Assembly: GCA_031550755.1 (NCBI GenBank)
Contig: JAVBOJ010000123.1
Location: forward strand, 1 to 25,699
Direction of reading: 5' to 3'
From: Oscillospiraceae bacterium
Lineage (GTDB): Bacteria > Bacillota > Clostridia > Oscillospirales > UBA929
DNA: 25,699 nt
The position numbers and the translations under genes are program-made. The notes under the pieces are model-generated. The model was not told the DNA's origin. It saw nothing but the letters and a program-made list of their open reading frames with translations, and did no database searches. Positions 1 to 7,728 of the stretch are shown here, one piece after another (the stretch's first letter is position 1; every line of letters starts with the position of its first letter).

Positions 1-1050
1 GAAAAAGTCGATGATCCGGGTCAGTACATCGTACAGCGCGGCGGTGTCCATCTCCTCGAAGGCGCGGCGAATGGCAGAGCGGATCTCGGAAAAGGCGAAT
101 TCCGACGCTACCTCCTCGCCGGGGAAGCTGTCAAAAAACAGAAACGGACAGGCGGCCGAAATATCGCGGAACATCCGCCGGGCGGTGAGATAGCTCTCGC
201 CCAGTCGGCGCGGGTTGTCCACCACATGGCCGACGGCCACGCGCACCTGCACGCTGAAGTAATTATACACGATGGCGGCGGCGCGGCGCAAGGCCTCGTC
301 GAGATGCTGCCGCCGGATTTGCGGATCCTCGCCGTTCAGGCAGAAGGTGATGCTGAAATGGCGCATGTCCAGCGTCGTGACATAGCAGGTATAGGTTTTG
401 CTGAGGGTTTCGCGCACCATCTGCACCGCACTGGCGCAGAGCGACAGCAGCTTTTCGCCCGACATGGCGCCGTTTTCCGGCCCCTCGATGACGCCGGTGG
501 CCGCCTGAAAGGCCGGGAAGGAAAAGTCGATATCGAGATCTTCCTTTTGCGCGAGATACTGCTCCTCGTTTTCAAACAGATTGTTGTACAGCCGCAGGAA
601 AAATTTTTCCCGCTGCACCTGCAGGTTGCCGCGCTGGACCTGCAGGGCCGGGGTGTTGGCGTTTTTGAGGCGGGAGAGGGCGGCGATGGCCCGGTTGAGG
701 GCGGCGGACAGCGACTGGGGCGTCAGCTCCAGCTTGACCAGATAGTCCACCACTTGCGCGCCAAGCGCCCGGCGCACCAGCTCGAACTCCTCAAAGCTGG
801 TGAGAATAATAAATAGCGGAATCGCGCCGTATTTCTCGGCGCATTCCTCGGCCAGCTCCAGCCCGGATTTGAGCGGCATTTTGATATCGGTGATGACGAT
901 ATCGGGCGAGAGCTTTTCCACCATCTCGGCGGCCTGCTGACCGTTGCGGGCGGTTCCCACGATCTCAATGTCATACTCGTCCCACTTGAGCATGGACTGA
1001 AGCCCTACGCACACAAGCGGTTCATCGTCGGCAATCAAAAGTTTGATCAA
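1..1050 (-). CDS. Two-component response regulator, CheY-like receiver domain (YesN-like). The C-terminal (probably AraC-type HTH) part lies beyond the window start, so the CDS is partial.
   Basis: The minus-strand translation reads MIKLLIADDEPLVCVGLQSMLKWDEYDIEIVGTARNGQQAAEMVEKLSPDIVITDIKMPLKSGLELAEE..., a canonical REC domain (DD pair, phospho-acceptor D in VITDIKMP, conserved K). A GGAGGG RBS sits 9 nt upstream of a TTG start at 1050 (an in-frame GTG at 1059 is too close to the RBS). The ORF runs off the window at position 1. It lies immediately downstream of a histidine kinase gene on the same strand. The + strand ORF 226-816 is the antisense artefact. Confidence 0.85.
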   Translation of the reverse strand, partial: MIKLLIADDEPLVCVGLQSMLKWDEYDIEIVGTARNGQQAAEMVEKLSPDIVITDIKMPLKSGLELAEECAEKYGAIPLFIILTSFEEFELVRRALGAQVVDYLVKLELTPQSLSAALNRAIAALSRLKNANTPALQVQRGNLQVQREKFFLRLYNNLFENEEQYLAQKEDLDIDFSFPAFQAATGVIEGPENGAMSGEKLLSLCASAVQMVRETLSKTYTCYVTTLDMRHFSITFCLNGEDPQIRRQHLDEALRRAAAIVYNYFSVQVRVAVGHVVDNPRRLGESYLTARRMFRDISAACPFLFFDSFPGEEVASEFAFSEIRSAIRRAFEEMDTAALYDVLTRIIDFF

Positions 1051-1091
1051 ACGGATCACTCCCTCCGTATCTTGCGCGAAACAGTCCGGTT

Positions 1092-2858
1092 TCACTCCTG
1101 CACCGGCAAACGAAGCGTCATGGTGGTATACGAGCCCTCGACGCTCTCGACCGAGAGACCGTATTCCTCTCCAAACGCAAACCGCAGTCGCTCGTGGACA
1201 TTGCGCAGTCCCAGCTTTTCAAACATGCCGGGCTGACTGTCGGCGGAAAAGGCCTTTTCGATGATTTCGGGGCGCATGCCGATGCCGTCGTCGGTGACGG
1301 ACACCAGCACATCCCGCCCGTGCGGCGTCACCGAGACGGTCACGGTGCCGCGGCCTTTGGGCTCGATGCCGTGGAAAATGGCGTTTTCCACCAACGGCTG
1401 CAAGGTAAACCGGGGAATCAGCGCTTCCAGCAGCGCCGGGTCGTCGGTCTGCTTGACCAGCGTCACCGTGCCGCCGTATCGGTAATGCTGGATGACCATG
1501 AAATCGTCCAGCAGCGACAGCTCCTCCCGCAGCGGCACCATCTTGCGGATATCCTTGGACACCGTTTTGAGCATCCGGGACAGCGCGGTGGTCATTTCGG
1601 CGATGCCGGCGGCGTTTTGCAGCGTGGCCATCCACTTGATGGAATTGAGCGTATTGTACATAAAATGCGGATTGATCTGGTTTTGCAGCATCCGGTATTC
1701 CAGCTCGCGCTTGTGCTGCTCGTCGGCCAGACGGCTGTCCATCAAAGTGACCACATCGCGCGACAGGCGGTTGATGCCCTTGCCCATCTGCCCCAGCTCG
1801 CTGTCGCTCTCCAGACTGCCGTCCTCGGAAAAATCGCCCTCGGCAATGGCGCCGATTTTTTTGTGCAGCCGGGCAATCGGCCGGCTGATCTTGCGGTCGA
1901 GATAGAAGGTGACGAAGATTGTCAGCAGCACAATAAACAGGCAGACGGCGATCAGCAGCCCGCCCCACGCGCCCCGGAGCCATCCGCCGCGCGGATTGGG
2001 GAATACCTGGGTCAGCTCGATGCCTGCGCGCACCGGGTAGGTCACCGCCATATAATCGCCGTCGTCCATGCGGACGAACATGGCCGCCGTGCGGTGCTCC
2101 GAGAGATCCTCGTTGTCGTGGCCGGTGACCGTCCACGGAATCTCAATTTTGGTGAACGTATTGCCTTCGAGGCGATACAGCGCCTCGCCCAGCGTGAGGT
2201 AGAGCGAGGAGTCCTCCGACAGGCTGTAGCTGCTCAAAATATCGGTGACGACGCCGACCGAGGCGGCCATAAAGACAAAACCAGTGGGATTCTGATGATA
2301 GCGGTCGTCGGGATGAAACACCGGACAGACAAAGGGCAGCACCTGCGGGTCGGACATATAGGAAAACGGGTCGGAGCAGACGGTCTCCCATTCCGAGCGC
2401 AGACCCAGCCCCAGCTCGGCCAGCCGGCCGACGTTGTATTCGGTGACAGGGCGGGAATTGGCCAGACCGTTGCCCACCTGCAAAATCTTTTTCTGGTTGT
2501 TGTCCACCACGGCCAGCCGGCGCACATAGCGGCCGGCGCGGCTGCGCCCCAGCTCCTCCTGCAATTTTTTGTTGGCTGTGACGCCCAAAATGCCGGCGCC
2601 GTCCGAGGCGAAATAATCGGCGATATACTGGTTGTTTTCGCCGCACCACTTGGCCAGAATGGTCATATCGCGGATGTCCTGCTCAATGACCCCAGCCACG
2701 AGCTGGAGGTTGAACTCGACCGACTGCACGGTGGTCTTCCGCTGAAAGGTGTACAGCAGATAGAAGCTGAACAGGGACACCAGCAGGGTCACCGTCAGCG
2801 CAAACAGCACCATGAGAAAGATGACCTGATTCTTTACCGTGCGCATCCGTCCGAGCAT
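1092..2858 (-). CDS. Sensor histidine kinase, YesM/LytS-type (two transmembrane helices, a ~270-aa extracytoplasmic sensor domain, HAMP, His_kinase and HATPase_c)
   Basis: The C-terminal half contains NPHFMYNTLNSIKWMA (His_kinase family H-box), QPLVENAIFHG (N-box), and DDGIGM...GLRNVHERLRFAFGEEYGL (G-boxes). There are two hydrophobic segments (VIFLMVLFALTVTLLVSLFSFYLLY and LLIAVCLFIVLLTIFVTFYL). The preferred start is the internal ATG (MLGRMRTV...), preceded by GAAGGAGG at about 8 nt. The ORF-track start at 2915 is a TTG with no RBS. Confidence 0.9.
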   Translation of the reverse strand: MLGRMRTVKNQVIFLMVLFALTVTLLVSLFSFYLLYTFQRKTTVQSVEFNLQLVAGVIEQDIRDMTILAKWCGENNQYIADYFASDGAGILGVTANKKLQEELGRSRAGRYVRRLAVVDNNQKKILQVGNGLANSRPVTEYNVGRLAELGLGLRSEWETVCSDPFSYMSDPQVLPFVCPVFHPDDRYHQNPTGFVFMAASVGVVTDILSSYSLSEDSSLYLTLGEALYRLEGNTFTKIEIPWTVTGHDNEDLSEHRTAAMFVRMDDGDYMAVTYPVRAGIELTQVFPNPRGGWLRGAWGGLLIAVCLFIVLLTIFVTFYLDRKISRPIARLHKKIGAIAEGDFSEDGSLESDSELGQMGKGINRLSRDVVTLMDSRLADEQHKRELEYRMLQNQINPHFMYNTLNSIKWMATLQNAAGIAEMTTALSRMLKTVSKDIRKMVPLREELSLLDDFMVIQHYRYGGTVTLVKQTDDPALLEALIPRFTLQPLVENAIFHGIEPKGRGTVTVSVTPHGRDVLVSVTDDGIGMRPEIIEKAFSADSQPGMFEKLGLRNVHERLRFAFGEEYGLSVESVEGSYTTMTLRLPVQE

Positions 2859-3060
2859 CGCGTTCCGCCTCCTTCTCTCCCAGTTTACTTTATCCGCAAA
2901 TGAGGCGGGTGTCAATCGTGTTCTGCGCGGGCGACCCCCTCTTTTTGGTCATTATGGCGAAAATGAAGAAGAAAATACATGTTTTTTAGTAAATAGTCCA
3001 AGTTTCAAAAAAATGCGAAAAATAGATTGAAATAGTGTAAAAGAATATGCAATTTATACA

Positions 3061-3090
3061 TTGATTATCAGAATACAATTAGAGTATACT
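3061..3090 (+). promoter_or_regulatory. Putative sigma-A promoter for the ABC transporter operon (TTGATT, 18-nt spacer, TATACT)
   Basis: The element sits in the AT-rich 285-bp divergent region between the kinase and the solute-binding protein gene, roughly 55 nt upstream of the start at 3146. Direct repeats GAATATGCAATTTATAC and GAATACAATTAGAGTATAC overlap it and are candidate response-regulator sites. Confidence 0.35.
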
Positions 3091-3145
3091 ACTAGCTGAG
3101 AGAGTGTGCGATTCTCAGACACACAATTATTTAGGAGGTACGAAA

Positions 3146-4495
3146 ATGAAAAAGACCAGAATCCTCGCCCTGGCGATGGCCCTGCTGCTTACCGTGAGCC
3201 TGCTGGCCGCGTGCGGCCCCGCCACGTCCCCGACCCCGAGTACCACCCCGACGCCCACCAAAACCAGCACCGCCCCGACGCCCGCCACGACCGCTCCGCC
3301 CACCCCGGCGCAGCCCGTGACCATCAAATGGGCCCTGTGGGACTGGGACGCCACCACCTATTATCAGCCCCTGATTGACGCGTATGTCGCCGCCAATCCC
3401 CATGTCACCATCGAGTATGTTGACCTTGGTTCTCAGGACTATATGACCATGCTCTCTACCCAGCTCACCGGCGGCGCCGACCTCGACGTGCTGACCATCA
3501 AGGATATCCCGGGTTATGCCAACGTTGTCCGTCAGGGCCACCTCGAGCCCCTGAACTCCTATATCTCCTCCGCCGGCATTGACACCTCCCTCTACGGCGG
3601 CACCACCGAGCAGATCGCTGTCAACGGTGAGGTCTATGCCCTGCCGTTCCGCTCCGACTTCTGGGTTGTGTTCTACAACAAAGCCCTGTTTGACAAAGCC
3701 GGCATCGCCTATCCCACCAACGACATGACCCTTGACCAGTATGACGCTCTCGCTCGTCAGATGACCAGCGGCACCGGCGTTGACAAGGTCTACGGCGCCC
3801 ATTACCACACCTGGCGCAGCGCCGTGCAGCTCTTCGGCATCCTCGATGGCAAGAACACCATCGTCGACGGCTCCTATGACTTCCTCAAGCCGTATTATGA
3901 GCGCATCCTGAAAGAGCAAGACGACGGCATCTGCCAGGATTACGCCACCCTGAAGACCTCCGGCACCCACTATTCCGGCGTGTTCTACAACAACCAGGTC
4001 GCCATGCTCAACATGGGCAGCTGGTTCATCTCCACCCAGATCGCCAAGGTTAAATCCGGCGAGAGCCTTGCCACCGAGTGGGGCATCGTGAAATATCCGC
4101 ATCCGGACGGCGTGGCCGCCGGCACCACCCTCGGCACCATCACCTCTCTGGCTGTCAACAAAAACTCCAAGAACAAAGACGCCGCTCTTGACTTCATGAA
4201 ATTCGTCACCGGCCCCGAAGGCGCCGCCGTCATCGCTTCGACCGGCACCATCCCGGCCATCAAGAACGACGAAGTCATCGCCGCCATCTCCGGCATCGAC
4301 GGCTTCCCGGCCGACCAGAACAGCAAGGACGCCCTCCAGGTCACCAAGACCTATCTGGAGATGCCCATGAACGAGAAGAGCGCCGACATTGAGCAGGTTC
4401 TCAATGAGGAGCATGACAACATCATGACCAAGAACAAGCCCATCGATCAGGCTCTCGCAGACATGACGTCCCGCGTGAAGGCGATCATCGGCTAA
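3146..4495 (+). CDS. ABC transporter extracellular solute-binding lipoprotein (family 1 sugar-binding protein)
   Basis: AGGAGG lies 7 nt upstream of the ATG at 3146. The signal peptide is MKKTRILALAMALLLTVSLLAAC, with an LAAC lipobox. A Pro/Thr-rich linker (PTPSTTPTPTKTSTAPTPATTAPPTP) is followed by a periplasmic-binding-protein-like fold (KWALWDW..., YALPF...). The product is about 449 aa. The first gene of an SBP plus two-permease arrangement. Confidence 0.9.
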   Translation: MKKTRILALAMALLLTVSLLAACGPATSPTPSTTPTPTKTSTAPTPATTAPPTPAQPVTIKWALWDWDATTYYQPLIDAYVAANPHVTIEYVDLGSQDYMTMLSTQLTGGADLDVLTIKDIPGYANVVRQGHLEPLNSYISSAGIDTSLYGGTTEQIAVNGEVYALPFRSDFWVVFYNKALFDKAGIAYPTNDMTLDQYDALARQMTSGTGVDKVYGAHYHTWRSAVQLFGILDGKNTIVDGSYDFLKPYYERILKEQDDGICQDYATLKTSGTHYSGVFYNNQVAMLNMGSWFISTQIAKVKSGESLATEWGIVKYPHPDGVAAGTTLGTITSLAVNKNSKNKDAALDFMKFVTGPEGAAVIASTGTIPAIKNDEVIAAISGIDGFPADQNSKDALQVTKTYLEMPMNEKSADIEQVLNEEHDNIMTKNKPIDQALADMTSRVKAIIG

Positions 4496-4513
4496 TTCCC
4501 GTAAAATACAGAA

Positions 4514-4557
4514 GGCGCAGGGGCGGGCGGCGTGCCCACTCCTGCGCTTTCTCTCTC
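4514..4557 (+). terminator. Intercistronic GC-rich stem-loop followed by a T/C-rich tract, a probable partial terminator or mRNA stabiliser after the solute-binding protein gene
   Basis: GGCGCAGG...CCTGCGC forms a stem with an inner GGGC/GCCC pairing, followed by TTTCTCTCTC. It lies between the solute-binding protein stop (4495) and the permease start (4575). Such attenuators are common in this position. Confidence 0.4.
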
Positions 4558-4574
4558 AAAGGGAGGAAGAAACC

Positions 4575-5510
4575 ATGCGGACAACTGACGCGGCTCCGGC
4601 CAAAAAGCGCGGCATGTCCAAGGGCTTGCGCGACAATCTGGTGGCGTACAGCTTTATCGCCCCCAACTTTTTGGGTTTTCTACTATTCACCTTTGTGCCG
4701 CTTATCTTTGCGCTGGCGCTGTCCTTCCTGAAATGGGACGGCTCTCCCATGCATCCCATCGAGTGGGTCGGCTTTGCCAACTTTGAGCGCCTGTTTGCCG
4801 ACAAGGTGTTCTGGAAGGCCCTGACCAACACCGGCATCTATACGCTGGCCGTCGCGCCGCTGACACTGGTCTGCGCACTGGGGCTGGCCATGGCGCTCAA
4901 CAAAAAAATCTTTGCCCGCAACTTTTTCCGCACCGTTTCGTTTTTCCCCTATGTCGCGTCTCTGGTGGCCGTGGCGGCGGTGTGGAACTTCCTCTTTTCC
5001 CCGCAATACGGGCCGATCAACGGCCTGCTCAACGCCATCACCGGCATCCCGCGCGAGGAGCTGCCGAAATGGGCGGCCAGCAAGGACTGGGCCATGTTTA
5101 CCGTCGTCTTTTTCAGCATCTGGAAAAACATGGGCTATTATATGGTGATCTATCTGGCGGGGCTTCAGGGCGTCAACCCCGAGCTGTATGAGGCGGCCGC
5201 GCTTGACGGCGCCAGCGCCTGGAAGCGCTTCCGGAACGTCACTCTGCCGCAGATCTCGCCCACGACCTTTTTTGTGACCATTATGCTGATCATCAACTCC
5301 TTCAAGGTGTACGACATTTTCATCAACATGTTTGCCGGGGGAGACAATCAGCTCACCGACCATACCCGGGTTCTGGTGTATCAGATTTACAATACGGCCT
5401 TCCGGTCATTGGATTACGGCTATTCCAGCGCCATGGCTATGGTGCTGTTCATCATCGTCGCCAGCGTCACCATCGTGCAGTTCCGCGCGCGCGAAAAGCT
5501 GAACGGTTAG
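4575..5510 (+). CDS. Sugar ABC transporter permease (MalF/UgpA/YesP-like)
   Basis: AGGGAGGAAG RBS is present. The protein is 311 aa with six transmembrane segments and an EAA-like loop (LYEAAALDGASAWKRFRNVTLPQISP), typical of binding-protein-dependent transport inner-membrane components. Confidence 0.9.
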   Translation: MRTTDAAPAKKRGMSKGLRDNLVAYSFIAPNFLGFLLFTFVPLIFALALSFLKWDGSPMHPIEWVGFANFERLFADKVFWKALTNTGIYTLAVAPLTLVCALGLAMALNKKIFARNFFRTVSFFPYVASLVAVAAVWNFLFSPQYGPINGLLNAITGIPREELPKWAASKDWAMFTVVFFSIWKNMGYYMVIYLAGLQGVNPELYEAAALDGASAWKRFRNVTLPQISPTTFFVTIMLIINSFKVYDIFINMFAGGDNQLTDHTRVLVYQIYNTAFRSLDYGYSSAMAMVLFIIVASVTIVQFRAREKLNG

Positions 5511-5523
5511 GAGGGGAAGAAGT

Positions 5524-6360
5524 ATGGTTGGAGAAAAACGCGGGCCTCGGGTCAGCCGGGCCTTCCTGTATATCTTCCTGATCCTTTTGGCGCTCATCAT
5601 GCTGGTGCCGTTTGTCTGGATGCTCTCCTCATCGCTCAAGCTCAACAAGGACGTCTTTGTGTTCCCCATGCAGTGGATTCCGGAAAATCCCCGCTGGCAG
5701 AACTATTCGGACATCTGGACAAAAATTCCGCTGGACACCTTTATTTTCAACACCGCCAAGCTGACCGTCATCGTCACGATTCTGCAGCTGTTCACCTCCA
5801 GCTTTGCCGCCTATGCCTTCGCCAAAATGAAGTTCAAGGGGCATAAGGTGCTGTTTTTGGGGTACATCGCCACCATCGCCGTGCCGTGGCAGTCGTACAT
5901 GCTGCCGCAGTTCATCGAGATGCGCACGCTGGGGCTCAACAACACCCATCTGGCCATCATTATTTTGCAGGCGTTTACGGCCTTTGGCGTGTTTATGATG
6001 AAGCAGTTTTACGAGGGCGTGCCCGACGATCTCTGCGAGGCCGCCCGCATTGACGGGCTCAGCGAGTACGGCATCTGGGGGCGCATCATGCTGCCGCTGT
6101 CCAAGCCGGCGCTGTCCAGTCTGGCCATCTTTACGTTCGTCGCCACCTGGAACGACTTTTTGGGCCCGATGATCTACCTGACAAAGACCGAGCTCAAGAC
6201 CATCCAGATCGGTCTGCGTATGTTCATCTCCCAATATTCCGCCGAATACGGGCTGATTATGGCCGCGAGCGTCGTGGCGCTGATTCCGGTGCTGGTGATC
6301 TTCCTGTCGTTGCAGAAATATTTCGTACAGGGCATTGCCACATCGGGATTGAAAGGTTAA
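5524..6360 (+). CDS. Sugar ABC transporter permease (MalG/UgpE/YesQ-like)
   Basis: GGAGGGGAAG RBS is present. The protein is 278 aa and carries the EAA motif region CEAARIDGLSEYGIWGRIMLPLSKPAL. The gene directly follows the first permease. Confidence 0.9.
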   Translation: MVGEKRGPRVSRAFLYIFLILLALIMLVPFVWMLSSSLKLNKDVFVFPMQWIPENPRWQNYSDIWTKIPLDTFIFNTAKLTVIVTILQLFTSSFAAYAFAKMKFKGHKVLFLGYIATIAVPWQSYMLPQFIEMRTLGLNNTHLAIIILQAFTAFGVFMMKQFYEGVPDDLCEAARIDGLSEYGIWGRIMLPLSKPALSSLAIFTFVATWNDFLGPMIYLTKTELKTIQIGLRMFISQYSAEYGLIMAASVVALIPVLVIFLSLQKYFVQGIATSGLKG

Positions 6361-6456
6361 AATGGAATAACACTTCTCCTTTCTGGGGCGGTGGCGTTTT
6401 TGGAGGAGTCCGGAGACGCCGCCGTTTTCCCATGAGGACAAAACGGAGGTTTTTGT

Positions 6457-7626
6457 ATGATCGCTCCCTTTTCCGGAAAAGCGCAGATCACCGGCGCGGA
6501 GGCCGCCGAGGCGCTGGAACGCGCCGCGGCGCAGGTGCTCGCCACACTGCCGGAATTTACCGACAACTGCCAAAACCACACCAGCGTCAACGGATTTTAT
6601 CCGCCCTGCGAGAACAATCAGTGGACCTGCGGCTTTTGGCCGGGCGAGATTTGGCTCTCTTACGAGCGCACCGGGAACGACGCCTTCAAGCAGGCGGGGC
6701 TGACGCTGGTGGACAGCTTTTACGACCGCATCGAGCGCAAAGTTGAGGTCGATCACCATGACATGGGATTTTTATACAGCCCGTCCTGCGTCGCTGCCTA
6801 TATGCTGGCCGGCAGCGAAAAGGCGCGCCGCGCCGCCATATTGGCCGCCGATCAGCTCATCTCGCGCTTCCAGCCGGTCGGAGAATTTATTCAGGCGTGG
6901 GGCGTGTTGGGCGCGGCGGACAACTACCGGTATATCATCGACTGTTTGCTGAATCTGCCGCTTTTGTACTGGGCGACCGAGCAGACAGGCGACGCCAAAT
7001 ACGCCGACATCGCCCACAAGCACATCACCACCTGTCTGCGCTATTCCATCCGCGAAAACGGCAGCACCTATCATACGGTGTTTATGAATCCCGAGACCGG
7101 CGCCATGGGCCACGGGGCGACCTGCCAGGGCTATCGGGACGATTCCGACTGGGCCAGAGGCCAGGCGTGGGCGGTCTACGGCACGGCGCTGTCCTACCGT
7201 TACACCAAAAACCCCGCCTATCTGGACGCCTTCCGCCGGGTGACCGAGTTTTATCTCACCCGCCTTCCGGACGATCTCGTGCCCTACTGGGACATGATTT
7301 TCCAGACCGGGAACGAGGAGCCGCGCGATTCGTCCAGCGCCTCCATCGTGGCCTGCGGACTGCTGGAAATGGCCAAGACTGTGGAGCCGGACGAGGCCAA
7401 GGTCTATGAGACACTGGCGCGGCAGATGATGAAATCGCTGACGGACAATTACGCCGTGCGGGATGTCACACAGTCCAACGGCCGCGTCCTGCACGCCACC
7501 TACAGCAAAAAATCGCCGTACAACACCTGCACGCCCGAGGGCGTGGACGAGTGCGCCAGCTGGGGCGACTACTTTTATATGGAAGCGCTGACGCGGCTGA
7601 GCGGGGATTGGAAATTGTATTGGTAG
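6457..7626 (+). CDS. ugl: Unsaturated glucuronyl hydrolase, GH88 family (alpha6/alpha6 barrel). A GH105 assignment is considered less likely.
   Basis: GGAGG lies 7 nt upstream. The protein is 389 aa with no signal peptide. Motifs recalled from GH88 unsaturated glucuronyl hydrolases: WTCGFWPGEIWL, VDHHDMGFLYS, IIDCLLNLPLLYWATEQTGD, STYHTVFMNPETG, WARGQAWAVYG, PRDSSSASIVACGLLE, WGDYFYMEAL. Confidence 0.75.
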   Translation: MIAPFSGKAQITGAEAAEALERAAAQVLATLPEFTDNCQNHTSVNGFYPPCENNQWTCGFWPGEIWLSYERTGNDAFKQAGLTLVDSFYDRIERKVEVDHHDMGFLYSPSCVAAYMLAGSEKARRAAILAADQLISRFQPVGEFIQAWGVLGAADNYRYIIDCLLNLPLLYWATEQTGDAKYADIAHKHITTCLRYSIRENGSTYHTVFMNPETGAMGHGATCQGYRDDSDWARGQAWAVYGTALSYRYTKNPAYLDAFRRVTEFYLTRLPDDLVPYWDMIFQTGNEEPRDSSSASIVACGLLEMAKTVEPDEAKVYETLARQMMKSLTDNYAVRDVTQSNGRVLHATYSKKSPYNTCTPEGVDECASWGDYFYMEALTRLSGDWKLYW

Positions 7627-7728
7627 TTGCGGGGACGGCCAATGGCCGCCCCTACGACATGCGGGGGACATATCCTCGTCCCATGAAAACGAGGAAAGCC
7701 CCCATACACACATGAAAGAGGTGCCCCC

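Noticed and set aside
226-816. 196-aa + strand ORF at the start of the window
   Set aside because: It is Gly/Ala/Arg/Gln-rich low-complexity antisense of the response-regulator gene. The minus-strand frame gives a textbook REC domain.
1194-2903. 569-aa + strand ORF and the 305-aa minus-strand ORF 1219-2136
   Set aside because: They overlap the histidine kinase gene in other frames or on the other strand. They have no recognisable domains and show typical high-GC shadow-ORF composition.
3131-4414. 427-aa minus-strand ORF
   Set aside because: It is antisense to the solute-binding-protein gene and Gly/Val/Ala-rich. The + frame has a lipoprotein signal and an SBP fold.
6457-7626. GH105 (YesR/YteR unsaturated rhamnogalacturonyl hydrolase) assignment, which would fit the yesMNOPQ-like context
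   Set aside because: Motifs recalled from GH88 unsaturated glucuronyl hydrolases (WxxGFWxG, DHHDxGF, IDCLLNLPLL, WARGQAW, DSSASA) match this sequence closely. GH105 remains a minority possibility and is flagged in the findings.
7627-7728. Several short GC hairpins between the GH88 and heparinase genes as a terminator
   Set aside because: There is no U-tract and the stems are short (5-9 bp). These are more likely mRNA secondary structure within an operon.
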